Under the pieces are notes generated by a model. The model was not told the origin of the DNA, did no database searches, and was given only the letters and a program-made list of their open reading frames with translations. The position numbers and the translations under genes are program-made. This document shows, in pieces, positions 16,473 through 26,269 of a stretch of 64,000 bases of DNA. The stretch spans positions 13,118 through 77,117 of the forward strand of contig CAYVOD010000001.1 of NCBI GenBank assembly GCA_964453055.1. Direction: 5' to 3'. The DNA is from an uncultured Treponema sp. (GTDB taxonomy: Bacteria > Spirochaetota > Spirochaetia > Treponematales > Rectinemataceae). Position 1 is the stretch's first letter. Every line of letters begins with the position of its first letter.

Positions 16473-18128
16473 ATGACGCAAATTTCCGTATCGTACGAAT
16501 CGGGCGAGAAGGTATCGTACCCTTACGGGGTAAGAGTGCTGGATGTCCTCGCCAAGATGGGCAGCCTCGAGCGGCCCTTGGTGGCCGCCTTGGTGGACAA
16601 TGAAATAAAAGGCCTGGATGCCCAGCTCCTGAGCGATTGCAGGGTCCTTCCGGTGCTGAGCAATTCAGCTCAAGGAGCCCTGGTTTACAGAAGGTCCCTC
16701 TGTTTTCTCCTGGCCATCGCCTCGCGACAGCTCTTCCCGCAGCGAAGATTAATCGCCGGCATGGCCATAGGTGCGGGATTTTACCATTATTACGCCGATG
16801 AAAAAGCCTTGAGCGAAGACGAAGTGTCCTCCCTTAGCCAGCGCATGCGCGCGCTCATGGAGGAAAATATTCCTATTCAACTCGAAAAATGGCCCTGGGC
16901 TTCGGCCTGCGAATATTTCAGAAAAAACGAACAACTGGACACCTTGGCGCTCGTGGAGAATCTCAATGACCCGCAAATCGCCTTGAACGAATGCGCGGGA
17001 TTCAGGGATCTCTATATCTACCCCCTCGTAAGCTCAACCGGCGTACTCTCCATCTGGGAGCTCATTCCCTACCATGGCGGCATGCTCTTGCGATACCCGC
17101 ATAAAGACAGTCCCGAGAGGCTGGATCCCTTCGAAGACGTTCCTATACTCTACAGAATTTCAGAGGAGTACAAGGAAAGAGGCCGGATCCTCGGGATCGG
17201 TTCAGTAGGCAGGCTCAACCAGCTCTACGCCACGGGAGGCATCAAGGATTACATCATGGTGGCCGAGGCGCTCCAAAACAAGAAAATAGCCGCCATGGCG
17301 GAGTCGGTGGCGCAAAGTTCCGAGCTCCGCAAGGTTGTGCTCATAGCGGGTCCATCCAGCTCGGGAAAGACCACGAGCTCCAAAAAACTAGCTATTCAAT
17401 TGAAAGTACTAGGCCTGGAACCCATCCCCGTAGAGCTGGACAATTTTTTCATCGATCGCGAAAGGACTCCACTGGACGAGGAAGGCAAACCTGATTTCGA
17501 ATGTCTGCAAGCCCTTGACGTGGACTATCTCAACGAGCTTTTGCTCAGGCTTTTCGATGGGCAGGAAGTGGAGATGCCCATCTACGATTTTAAAGCGGGG
17601 AAGCGCCGCAGTTCTGGAAAAAAACTTAGGCTATCGGGCCATGAAGTGCTTATTCTCGAGGGAATCCACGGTCTCAATGACGACCTCACCCCGAAAATTC
17701 CCCAGGAAAACAAGTTCAAGATTTATGTGTCCGCCCTCACCCAGCTCAACCTGGACGACCACAACAGGATTAGCACGACCGATTATCGCCTATTAAGGCG
17801 CATGGTGAGGGACTACTATTTCAGGGGCCATAGCGCCCTCGCCACCTTGTCCATGTGGCCTTCGGTGCAGAGGGGAGAGCGTCGCTACATATTCCCCTTC
17901 CAGAACAGCGCCGACGAAGCCTTCAATTCGGCCCTGGACTATGAGCTGGGCGTCTTGAAGGTATTCGCGGATCCCTTGCTGGACACTATAAAGCCCACCA
18001 TGCCCGAATATGCCGAGGCAATGAGAATCGAGGCCTTCCTGCATAATTTCGCCCCAATTCCCGCCCAATACGTGCCCAGGGACTCAATCCTGAGGGAGTT
18101 TATCGGGGACTCGGACTTTTCATATTAA
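16473..18128 (+). CDS. TGS / ThrRS-editing-like domain fused to a uridine-kinase (PRK) type P-loop kinase
   Basis: The N-terminus is a beta-grasp TGS-like segment. Next comes a tRNA_SAD-like region in which the ThrRS HxxxH motif is degenerate (RRSLCFLLAIA...GAGFYHYY). A Walker A (GPSSSGKTTSSKKLA) and a PRK/Udk-like domain follow. The start was moved to Met33, which has GAGAGG upstream. Confidence 0.7.
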   Translation: MTQISVSYESGEKVSYPYGVRVLDVLAKMGSLERPLVAALVDNEIKGLDAQLLSDCRVLPVLSNSAQGALVYRRSLCFLLAIASRQLFPQRRLIAGMAIGAGFYHYYADEKALSEDEVSSLSQRMRALMEENIPIQLEKWPWASACEYFRKNEQLDTLALVENLNDPQIALNECAGFRDLYIYPLVSSTGVLSIWELIPYHGGMLLRYPHKDSPERLDPFEDVPILYRISEEYKERGRILGIGSVGRLNQLYATGGIKDYIMVAEALQNKKIAAMAESVAQSSELRKVVLIAGPSSSGKTTSSKKLAIQLKVLGLEPIPVELDNFFIDRERTPLDEEGKPDFECLQALDVDYLNELLLRLFDGQEVEMPIYDFKAGKRRSSGKKLRLSGHEVLILEGIHGLNDDLTPKIPQENKFKIYVSALTQLNLDDHNRISTTDYRLLRRMVRDYYFRGHSALATLSMWPSVQRGERRYIFPFQNSADEAFNSALDYELGVLKVFADPLLDTIKPTMPEYAEAMRIEAFLHNFAPIPAQYVPRDSILREFIGDSDFSY

Positions 18129-18168
18129 AAAAAAGGCGGCGGGGGTTCTGCCAAGAACCCCCGTCGCC
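18127..18168 (-). terminator. rho-independent terminator of the opp operon (also follows the kinase gene on the plus strand)
   Basis: A 15-bp stem (18135-18149 / 18154-18168, one G-U pair) with a 4-nt loop. The plus-strand A8 run (18127-18134) gives a U-tract on the minus-strand transcript. Confidence 0.7.
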
Positions 18169-18224
18169 CTCCAGCCAAAGCCCAGGTTTACGGTGCGGTA
18201 CCCGAGCCTTGCCATCCAGCCTGA

Positions 18225-19151
18225 TCAGGAATACATAGCCCTGTACTCGGCTTCTTCCTTGGAGTTGGCCAGGGCGAAGTGACCGGGGAATATCTCCCTC
18301 CAAGAGGGTCCTTCCTTCGCGTACTCATGCACCGAAGGATCGTAGACCAGAAGGCTTTTATGCTTTTCCACGTCGGGATCCGGCATGGGCACGGCCGACA
18401 GCAGCGACCGGGTATATGGGTGCAGTGGCCTGGCGAACAGTTCTTCCGTGGAGGCAAGTTCTTTCAGCTCGCCTTGGTGGATTACTCCTATGCGGTCGGC
18501 GAAATAGCGGACCACGGTGAGATCGTGGGCGATAAAGAGATAAGAAAGACCTCTCTCCTTCTTGAGATCGTGCAGGAGGTTGAGCACCTGGGCCCGGATG
18601 GACACGTCCAAGGCCGAAATAGGCTCGTCCGCGATGATGAACTTGGGCTCCATAGCCAGTACCCGGGCTATGCAGATACGCTGGCGCTGGCCGCCTGAAA
18701 ACTCGTGGGGATAGCGCTCCGCGTGCTCTTCCAGAAGACCGACGTCGTTCAACGCCTTGAAGACCTTTTCCCTGCGTTCGTTCTCGTCCTTGAATAGGCC
18801 GAAATTGTATAAGCCCTCCGAGACTATGTAGTCTATCGTCGCCCTTTCGTTGAGGGACGCCATTGGATCTTGGAAAATCATCTGGATGTTGCGTATGACG
18901 TAGGTGTCCAGTTCCTTGTCGATGATCCCCGAAATCTTTTTCCCGTCGAAGAACACCTCGCCCTTAGTGGCTGGGTTGATCCTGATGATGGTACGGCCGA
19001 TCGTCGTTTTTCCCGAGCCGGACTCGCCCACCAGGGCGAAGGACTCGCCTTCGTGGACATCGAAGTTGACCTTGCGAACCGCGGTAAAGTATTCCTTCCC
19101 GTTCTTGAAGGTGACTTCCAGGTCTTTTACCGATAACAATAAGTCGCTCAT
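18225..19151 (-). CDS. oppF: oligopeptide ABC transporter ATP-binding protein
   Basis: Walker [10 protein letters not shown], signature SGGQRQR, Walker B FIIADEP, and an oligopeptide-type C-terminal extension. Confidence 0.88.
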   Translation of the reverse strand: MSDLLLSVKDLEVTFKNGKEYFTAVRKVNFDVHEGESFALVGESGSGKTTIGRTIIRINPATKGEVFFDGKKISGIIDKELDTYVIRNIQMIFQDPMASLNERATIDYIVSEGLYNFGLFKDENERREKVFKALNDVGLLEEHAERYPHEFSGGQRQRICIARVLAMEPKFIIADEPISALDVSIRAQVLNLLHDLKKERGLSYLFIAHDLTVVRYFADRIGVIHQGELKELASTEELFARPLHPYTRSLLSAVPMPDPDVEKHKSLLVYDPSVHEYAKEGPSWREIFPGHFALANSKEEAEYRAMYS

Positions 19152-20215
19152 TTCCCAGCCTCCGCGGCGCTCTCGGCGTAGATGTTTCCTTTCTTTCGCA
19201 TGATCTTCACCGCTTGAGGCGGATCCGCGAGGGGAGCCCGGGGATCCAGGAGCCAGGTCTTGGCGTAATGGCTCTCGCTTACCTTGAAGAAGGGAGGTTC
19301 TTCCTCGAAATCGATGCCCAGCGCATAACGATTGCGGGGCGCGAAAGCGTCGCCCTTAATTTCATTGAATAAGGTCGGGGGGGTTCCCGGGATGGCATAG
19401 AGAGGCTCGCCTTTTCTGGCCAAGGTGGGCAGGCTCGATATGAGCGCCCAGGTATAGGGATGCCGGGGATCGTAAAAGATTTCCCGTACCGAACCGTATT
19501 CCACGATCTGGCCTGAGTACATCACCGCCACCCTGTCGGCCACGTTGGCTACCACCCCCAGATCGTGGGTGATATAGATGGTGGTAAAGCCGTAATCCCG
19601 CTGGAGCGCGCGGATCAAGTCCAGAATCTGAGCCTGGATGGTGACGTCCAGGGCCGTGGTTGGCTCGTCGCAGATCAGGATTCGCGGCTTGCAGGCCAGG
19701 GCTATGGCGATGACGATACGCTGGCGCATTCCGCCGGAATACTGGAAGGGATAGTCATAAAAACGTTTTTCCGCTTCCTTTATCCCGACTTTCTCCATGA
19801 GGGTCAATGCGATGCGTTTAGCCTCGTCGGGAGGAAGCTTCTGATGCTTTTCGATGACTTCGGTGATCTGGATGCCAATTTTCTTGAGGGGGTTGAGGCT
19901 GGTCATCGGGTCCTGGAACACCGTGGCGATTTTGACACCCCGGATTTTCTCCCATTCCTTGTCGGTTTTTACCTCGACCAGATTCCTGCCCTCGAACTCG
20001 ATGCTGCCGGCGGCTATCCTGCCGTTGGATTCCAACATGCCCGTGAAAGTCTTGGTGAGCACTGTCTTGCCCGAGCCCGACTCGCCCACGATGGCCAGGG
20101 TCTCGCCATCGTAAAGATCGAGGGAGACCGAGCGGATTGCCGTGAGCTCCCGGCGTCTCACCCTGAATTTGACCACTAAGTCCCGAACTTTAAGAATACT
20201 GTTGTTCTGGTCCAT
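19148..20215 (-). CDS. oppD: oligopeptide ABC transporter ATP-binding protein
   Basis: Walker [10 protein letters not shown], signature SGGMRQR, Walker B LICDEP. The start was moved to Met22 ([10 protein letters not shown]), which has AGGAGG upstream. Confidence 0.88.
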   Translation of the reverse strand: MDQNNSILKVRDLVVKFRVRRRELTAIRSVSLDLYDGETLAIVGESGSGKTVLTKTFTGMLESNGRIAAGSIEFEGRNLVEVKTDKEWEKIRGVKIATVFQDPMTSLNPLKKIGIQITEVIEKHQKLPPDEAKRIALTLMEKVGIKEAEKRFYDYPFQYSGGMRQRIVIAIALACKPRILICDEPTTALDVTIQAQILDLIRALQRDYGFTTIYITHDLGVVANVADRVAVMYSGQIVEYGSVREIFYDPRHPYTWALISSLPTLARKGEPLYAIPGTPPTLFNEIKGDAFAPRNRYALGIDFEEEPPFFKVSESHYAKTWLLDPRAPLADPPQAVKIMRKKGNIYAESAAEAGK

Positions 20216-20225
20216 GATCTGCCTC

Positions 20226-21149
20226 CTATCGGTGTGTTCTGGGGTCGGAAGCGTCCGCGAAGAGCTGTCCGACGACATAGAAGGAGATCGTGACCAAGCC
20301 CATCACGACACCGGGAAACACGATCATATGGGGATAGGTATCCACGAAAGACCAGTACACGTCGATCATCCTGCCCAGGGAAGGATAGGTAGAGGGAAGG
20401 CCTATACCCAGGTAGGAGAGGACTGTTTCTGTATTGATCAGCCCGGGTATCTCCTGGTAGATGAGGGTCGCTATGACCGAAACCATGAATGGGAGGATGT
20501 TGCGGGTGACCATGCGCTTGAGCGGCGTGCCTAAACAGCGGGAAGCCAGGTTGTACTCCCTGTCTCTGATGATCATCACCTGGGTGCGGATGAAGAAAGC
20601 GATCGAAAGCCAGCCAGTGATGGTCATGGCCAGGATCATCTGCCAAAAGCCCCGCCCGAAAATGTACATGAGCATCATGGAGCGCAGGATGTAGGGCACG
20701 TTGGACACGACATTGTAGATAGCCAGCAATATGGGATCGATACGCTTGGAGTAGCCCCAGACGGCGCCAACCAGGATGCCAACGCCGATGTTGATCGCCG
20801 CGGCAATGAAGGCTATGGAAAGGGACATGCGGGTGCCTGACCAGACCACGTCCCATAGATCGTTGCCCCTGTCGTCGGTGCCGAACCAATGCTCCGCAGA
20901 TGGTTTCTGGTACCAGGTAGAGGGGGTGTTGATATTGGGCGCCACCGCCGGATCGTAGCCCGAAACCAGGGGTTGGATGAAAGACATGAGTGTGAGGCTC
21001 AGCAAGAGGGCGAGCCAGAATATGGCGGTCTTGCGCTTGAAGAAAGTCTGAAAGACGGACTTCCAGTAGGAATACCGCGGACCGGCGATACGCTCGGATT
21101 CGAGCACGTCGAAGGTCGCGAAGGCGAAGCGTTCAGCTGTTTTCGCCAT
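20226..21149 (-). CDS. oppC: oligopeptide ABC transporter permease
   Basis: 307 aa with six predicted TM segments, a BPD-transporter inner-membrane component pattern and an OppC N-terminal region. Confidence 0.85.
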   Translation of the reverse strand: MAKTAERFAFATFDVLESERIAGPRYSYWKSVFQTFFKRKTAIFWLALLLSLTLMSFIQPLVSGYDPAVAPNINTPSTWYQKPSAEHWFGTDDRGNDLWDVVWSGTRMSLSIAFIAAAINIGVGILVGAVWGYSKRIDPILLAIYNVVSNVPYILRSMMLMYIFGRGFWQMILAMTITGWLSIAFFIRTQVMIIRDREYNLASRCLGTPLKRMVTRNILPFMVSVIATLIYQEIPGLINTETVLSYLGIGLPSTYPSLGRMIDVYWSFVDTYPHMIVFPGVVMGLVTISFYVVGQLFADASDPRTHR

Positions 21150-21152
21150 ACT

Positions 21153-22658
21153 TTACCTCGCTTCCTTTCTCGCGGCCAAGCTTATGCGCGGGTCCACGAA
21201 AGTCACTAGGATGTCTCCAAGGAAGATCGCCAAGATCGAGACTACGGTGAAGATAAAAGTCAGGGCGATGATCATGGCGTTGTTGTAATCGGAGATGGCG
21301 CTGGGAAACATCTTGCCCATGCCTGGCACCGCGTAGAAGCTTTCGGTGATCAACGCTCCCGCCAGGGTTCCGATTACAGCCATGGGAATGGAATGCACGA
21401 TGGGAATGAGGGCGTTTCTTACGATGTGCCTGAAGAACACTTCCGCCTGCGAAAGTCCTTTGGAACGAGAGAATTTGACATAGTCGGCGTTCATCTGGTC
21501 CACCATGTAGCGCCGTATCCAGAGCGCCTCCCCGGCAATGCCGCCTAGGGAGAGCGATATGGTGGGCAAAATATAAGAAAGAATGTTCTCGGATCCGAGG
21601 AAGGGAAACTTGTCGGGCAGGCCTAGTACCTTCATGCCGAAACGGGCGAAGAGGGCGATATACAGAAGCGTGGGGATGGAGCTGATGAAGACGATATAGG
21701 CCATGGTGACCTTGTCGAAAATCCTGTCCTTCTTCATGGCGGCGATGACGCCCACGGTGAGGCCGATGGCTAACGACAAGATGAGAGAGTACATGCCTAT
21801 GGTGAAGCTGGTGCCCAGCATCGACGGATCTATGGTCATCAGGTTGCCGTCGGCGTAGTTATCCTCGAATTTGTTGACGTCCAGCCTGTCCAGGACAGGT
21901 TTGTACTTAAGGCTGTGTTCGTCAATGGAGGTGTAAAACGTTACCTCCTCACCCCTGACGGTGGTGTTGATCTCCCTTCGGGCGGAACGACCCTGTCCTC
22001 CGGAGATGACATCAAGGACTGGCACACCGTCAAAGGTGGGGTATGATCTGCCCATATTGAGCTTTATCATGTTCTGATGCAGGAAGGGAAAGCTGCCATC
22101 GACCCAGATTTGATATTTAAATATGGTTCCCGAAGCCGCCAACGCCAGGCCCCCGCTCCAGTCCCGGGTGAGGTAATAACCCCTTTTGAGGTCTGGGTTA
22201 TCCGGATCCTGGATTCGATAGGGATGGTCTATCTGGATCAACTTTGCATACCATAAGAATACCCGGGTCAGCAGTGCGACGTCTTTCGTGGCATAGAGAT
22301 AGCCCGAGATAGGCAGCGCTTCCACCTTGTAGCCCCGTGCCGTGAGGTCAGCCCTGAACTTCTCGTAAAATGACGAATTCTGGATAAGGGCTTGGCTTAC
22401 TTCGGGAGAATCGGCTCCGAATACTTGCTGCGCATATTCCTGCTGGGTCACGTAATCGATGTAACCCAATTTTTCCCAGGTTCTGAATTTATAATCATTG
22501 TACTCGTCCGGTTTGTTCGCGATCTTGGGAAGCACCAGGTCTCCCTTGAACACGAGCTGCCGGGGAACACAGGAATAAACCAGAAAAAGGGTGAGGGTTG
22601 AAACGATCAGTACCGATAAAATCGACTGAAAAACACGTTTTACAACATATCCTAGCAT
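21153..22658 (-). CDS. oppB: oligopeptide ABC transporter permease (long form with a large periplasmic insertion)
   Basis: The N-terminal MLGYVVKRVFQSILSVLIV is typical of OppB/DppB. A soluble insert of about 200 aa lies between TM1 and TM2. The C-terminal half is a permease core. Confidence 0.82.
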   Translation of the reverse strand: MLGYVVKRVFQSILSVLIVSTLTLFLVYSCVPRQLVFKGDLVLPKIANKPDEYNDYKFRTWEKLGYIDYVTQQEYAQQVFGADSPEVSQALIQNSSFYEKFRADLTARGYKVEALPISGYLYATKDVALLTRVFLWYAKLIQIDHPYRIQDPDNPDLKRGYYLTRDWSGGLALAASGTIFKYQIWVDGSFPFLHQNMIKLNMGRSYPTFDGVPVLDVISGGQGRSARREINTTVRGEEVTFYTSIDEHSLKYKPVLDRLDVNKFEDNYADGNLMTIDPSMLGTSFTIGMYSLILSLAIGLTVGVIAAMKKDRIFDKVTMAYIVFISSIPTLLYIALFARFGMKVLGLPDKFPFLGSENILSYILPTISLSLGGIAGEALWIRRYMVDQMNADYVKFSRSKGLSQAEVFFRHIVRNALIPIVHSIPMAVIGTLAGALITESFYAVPGMGKMFPSAISDYNNAMIIALTFIFTVVSILAIFLGDILVTFVDPRISLAARKEAR

Positions 22659-22763
22659 GGAACCCCACAATCAGAGTTTTTTTAGACTCTCCAGCCATTA
22701 TATCCGAAAGCGCAGATATAGGCAATAAAGCGAATTCACCCTTATATAGCGAAAATAATATAA

Positions 22764-22799
22764 AAGGGGCTGCCCGGATTTAATTCCGGGCAGCCCCTT
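22764..22799 (-). terminator. intercistronic hairpin/attenuator between oppA and oppB
   Basis: A perfect 15-bp stem AAGGGGCTGCCCGGA / TCCGGGCAGCCCCTT with a 6-nt loop. On the minus strand it is followed by UUUUAUAUUAUUUU. Confidence 0.65.
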
Positions 22800-22835
22800 G
22801 AGTTTCACATGGACGACCAACGCGTCCCTGGAAGC

Positions 22836-24812
22836 TTATTTCTTGGCGCTGAGTTTCTTATACTCGGCGGCCCTCTCCTTCTCCCAGGTTGCCTTGAGCT
22901 TGTCGCGCTCGGCCAGGGTGATGACCTTGTCCCCGACGACCATGCCCTTGAACTTGTACTCATCGTTGCCGTAGGCGGCGAAGGGGATCGTATAGGGAAC
23001 GATCCTGGTGACGGCGAAGCCGCCGCCGTAGGACATGTAGGGGAGGATGATCGCGTCGTCCAGAAGCTGGGCTTCGGCTTCGGCGAAGAGCTTGAAGCGC
23101 TTCACCTGATCGTCGTAGACGGCGTTGCCGGCCTCAACCTTCTTGGCGTACTCGTAGAGTCCTACCTTGGTGGCTGCCTTGTAGTCGCTGGAAGCGGGAT
23201 CATCGGTATAGTCCAATCCGATCTGGATCAGGACGGCGCCGATTTCGGGCTCCAGGGTCTGGAGGAAGGTGTAGGGATCGCCGAAATCGGGGCCCCAGCC
23301 GGTGTAGCCGCCGATATCGTAGTTGGACTGGCTGCCGGATTCGGCATAGTAGGTGGAAGCGTCGGCGTTGTCGGTGTCCATCTCGACCACGTTAACCACC
23401 AGGGTGTCGGTGCCGAAGACGGCTTCGAGATTGGCCTTCATGGACTGGTCGCCCTTCAAGCCCTTGGTGTAGGCGATGTCGGTTGCGGTGTCGAGCTTGA
23501 CCGGGAACTTGACGCCCTGGGCGGTCAGCTCTGCCTTGGCCTTGGCCATGTAGGCCTTGGCTTTGGTGGCGTTGAAGTAGGGATCCTGGGCGTCGTCGAT
23601 CTTGAAGGAAGCGGGGAAGTCCGCGGGATTGCGGGCCTTCATGGCGTCCTCTACATACTTTACGTAATCCTTGCCGGCCGCGTCCTTGGAGAGCTCGGTG
23701 CCGGTATAGGAGTTGCGGATGGCGGCAAGCTTGTTGACCTCGCCGTTTCGCTGGGCGAGGATCGTGGGCCTGTCCATTCCGAAGAAAATAGCCTTGCGGA
23801 AATTCCTGTTCAGGATGGCTGCTTGAGTATCCTTGCGCTCCTTTTCCGTCTTGGGAGACACGCCCTTGGTGGGGTCGGCGGGGGAAGCCCAGGTGTTGCG
23901 GTCGTAGTTGAAGGCATAAAGGAAGGTGGTGGAATCCTGCCTTGCCCTGTAGATATTCTCTTTGTACTTGGCCTGAGCCCTGGCGAAGAGAGCCTCGTTG
24001 TCGGTGTTGACCTGGGCTGAGGCGTAGATGCCCGCGTCGAAGTTATTAAAGCGGGAATCGGGATCCTTGCCGTCGTCGTAGACGAGCTTGACGTGCTGGA
24101 CGGTTACGTTAGCCTTGTCCCAGTAGTAGGGGTTGGCGTCGTATTCCATGACGGACTTGGAGGTGAAGTTGGACAGTACGTAGGCGCCGTTGTAAAGGAT
24201 GCCGTTCTTGTCCACTTTGCCGAAGTCGGCGCCCTTGGATTTGAGGAACTCGCCGTTGACGGGCATATAGGGGTTGTAGGTGAGCATTGTGTCGAAATAG
24301 GGCTTCGGACCGTCGAGGGTGTACTCAAGCACGTAGTCGCTCTTCGCCTTGACGCCTACCTGGGCGAAATCGGTGATCTCGCCGGCAAGGTACTTGTCGG
24401 CGTTCTTGACGAATCCGGCCACCAGATAATTAAGCTGGCTCTTCTTGTCCAGCATGAATTTAAGGGCGTCCACCCAGTCCTGGGCCTTTACATCGGCATA
24501 GACTTCGAGGTCGCCGGTAATCCATTTCACGCCCTTGCGGATATTGAAGGTCCAGACCGACTTGTCGGCGTTGGCGCTCCAGCTTTCGGCCAGGGCTGGC
24601 CTGAGGATGCCGTACCTGTCGTGCTCGATGAGGCAGTCGACAAAGTTGACTGTGTGCTGCGACGTGGTCTGCCTCTGGCTTTCCAGGTAGTTGAAGGTCC
24701 TGGGGTCGCTCACGAAGACATTCACGTAGTCCTTCGATTTGGGAGCAGCGCCGACGAATCCTGCAAATAGGACCGCGATGACGGCTGCTGCTAACAGTGT
24801 TTTTTTCAGCAT
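22836..24812 (-). CDS. oppA: ABC transporter substrate-binding protein, family 5 (oligopeptide-binding, OppA-like)
   Basis: 658 aa with a signal peptide (LLAAAVIAVLFAGFVGAAP) and an SBP_bac_5-like organisation. It sits at the head of the oppBCDF genes. The start is taken at the ATG 5 nt after GGAGG. Confidence 0.85.
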   Translation of the reverse strand: MLKKTLLAAAVIAVLFAGFVGAAPKSKDYVNVFVSDPRTFNYLESQRQTTSQHTVNFVDCLIEHDRYGILRPALAESWSANADKSVWTFNIRKGVKWITGDLEVYADVKAQDWVDALKFMLDKKSQLNYLVAGFVKNADKYLAGEITDFAQVGVKAKSDYVLEYTLDGPKPYFDTMLTYNPYMPVNGEFLKSKGADFGKVDKNGILYNGAYVLSNFTSKSVMEYDANPYYWDKANVTVQHVKLVYDDGKDPDSRFNNFDAGIYASAQVNTDNEALFARAQAKYKENIYRARQDSTTFLYAFNYDRNTWASPADPTKGVSPKTEKERKDTQAAILNRNFRKAIFFGMDRPTILAQRNGEVNKLAAIRNSYTGTELSKDAAGKDYVKYVEDAMKARNPADFPASFKIDDAQDPYFNATKAKAYMAKAKAELTAQGVKFPVKLDTATDIAYTKGLKGDQSMKANLEAVFGTDTLVVNVVEMDTDNADASTYYAESGSQSNYDIGGYTGWGPDFGDPYTFLQTLEPEIGAVLIQIGLDYTDDPASSDYKAATKVGLYEYAKKVEAGNAVYDDQVKRFKLFAEAEAQLLDDAIILPYMSYGGGFAVTRIVPYTIPFAAYGNDEYKFKGMVVGDKVITLAERDKLKATWEKERAAEYKKLSAKK

Positions 24813-24982
24813 TTCTGCCTCCACTTACGCCCGCGGCGAGGCGGGTTCAAGATTACCGCCGTAATAAAATATAAGAACGGCGGCATATAAACTCTATTCA
24901 TTCTCGCCGTTTTAAGCTGGGCCGTCAACTGGCATTTTCATGGAGCATCCAGGAGTGATACAATCGCGATTTAAGGATAGAA

Positions 24983-25531
24983 ATGAAAAAAACCGCAATG
25001 CAGGGAGGGCGACGGAGGAGCGTGAAGCTCGCCGACTATGCCGGCCTATTGGGAATATGTTTTGCCGCGGCCCTGGTTTTCGCCCTTTTGAGAAAAACCG
25101 ATTCCTTTATTCTCGCCCTGGGCGACGCCTTCCTGGTCGAAGCACTGATCTGCCTGGGCCTCTCCTGGGTCGGATATTTAAAAAGGGATGGAATACGGAT
25201 ATTCCCTTCGAAAAAAAGAGGCGCGGATGTACAGCCCGAATCCTGGAAAGACAGAATTCCCCAGCTAGGCCAAGAACCTCCATCCCCCTCTCCCCTTCCC
25301 GGCCCCGGCGGACCAGAAAGCCCTGATTATCGTCGTTTGGTCGAAGCGGAGAACAGGCTCCGGCAAAGGATCCTCGGCGTCGACGAAAACCCAGGCGTCA
25401 GCGATTCAGACGTTCAAGAACGCAATGGCGCGAAAAAAAACTCGCTGTCTTTGCTCTTAGCCGGCGTCTTTCTATTTCTTCTGGGCCTGCTGTTCGAGTA
25501 TGTCCTGCCAGCGCTTCTGATGCGTCTCTGA
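24983..25531 (+). CDS. hypothetical membrane protein (DUF3899-like guess)
   Basis: Two N-terminal TM helices, a Pro-rich and charged middle region, and a C-terminal TM helix. AAGGA lies upstream of the ATG. Confidence 0.55.
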   Translation: MKKTAMQGGRRRSVKLADYAGLLGICFAAALVFALLRKTDSFILALGDAFLVEALICLGLSWVGYLKRDGIRIFPSKKRGADVQPESWKDRIPQLGQEPPSPSPLPGPGGPESPDYRRLVEAENRLRQRILGVDENPGVSDSDVQERNGAKKNSLSLLLAGVFLFLLGLLFEYVLPALLMRL

Positions 25532-25582
25532 TAGGCCTTTGACGCAGCAGGGCCTGAGAGCTGCTGTCAAAATCCGAAAAAA

Positions 25583-26122
25583 TTATTGTTTGGTTTTTTG
25601 GCTCGCCTTGCCTCGTATCATTTGATTGAGGGCCAAGCCAAGGGCGGCGAGCGGATATCCGCCTAACGCGATGAGCAGAGGCGGCTGGAAGCGAAGGTTA
25701 TAATCGTAAATCGGCCCCTTCAAGAGCGTCCTGGACCCGAGTCTCAGCTTGTACAGGAATATCAGCAGCACCAGGAGCATGCCGAGGATCAGTACGGTCC
25801 AAGTCATTATTTTTGCCGCCGACTGTCCTATCCTGGAATCCGACGCGACGGAGATCCCCAATATCAGCATAGCGGCGAACGACAAGGCGACGATGAGGGT
25901 ATTGTTTACCAAGGCGGCGAGCGTGAGGGGCCGCATCGAGAAGGCGTCCTGCGCCGTGGCCACGCGGCGCTGTTCTTCGGTCCAGGTCTCGGCGCTTCGC
26001 CATGCGCGGTGATGCTCCGAGAGGTCGAAGGTCGCCAGCACGCTCAAAAAGGCGCAGGCGCAGGCGGCGAGGAGCAGGGCCTTGGTCTCGCTCCGCAGCG
26101 GCCGAATGACTTTCCTGTCCAT
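25583..26122 (-). CDS. hypothetical four-TM membrane protein
   Basis: The hydrophobicity pattern is consistent with four TM helices. The start was moved to Met39 (MDRKVIRPL), because the longer ORF would read through the 21-bp hairpin at 26135-26181. Confidence 0.5.
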   Translation of the reverse strand: MDRKVIRPLRSETKALLLAACACAFLSVLATFDLSEHHRAWRSAETWTEEQRRVATAQDAFSMRPLTLAALVNNTLIVALSFAAMLILGISVASDSRIGQSAAKIMTWTVLILGMLLVLLIFLYKLRLGSRTLLKGPIYDYNLRFQPPLLIALGGYPLAALGLALNQMIRGKASQKTKQ

Positions 26123-26134
26123 GCTTGAATGATA

Positions 26135-26181
26135 CGGCGGGGCGGGCCGCGACGCAATAAGCGTCGCGGCCCGCCCCGCCG
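26135..26181 (-). other. perfect 21-bp GC-rich inverted repeat between the malic enzyme gene and the downstream membrane-protein gene
   Basis: CGGCGGGGCGGGCCGCGACGC - AATAA - GCGTCGCGGCCCGCCCCGCCG. No U-tract follows on either strand. Confidence 0.6.
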
Positions 26182-26269
26182 CGGACAACACCAGGTACAA
26201 GCGACCGCGTTTCGCACTATGTCTCGGAAAGCGCAAGGCAAAGCGCGTGCCGCGAAATGCGATTAGGAA

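Noticed and set aside
22809-24770. Long plus-strand ORFs (403 aa and 225 aa) lie opposite oppA.
   Set aside because: They are Gly/Val/Leu/Asp-rich antisense artefacts typical of GC-rich coding DNA. The minus-strand ORF has clear family-5 SBP character, a signal peptide and operon context.
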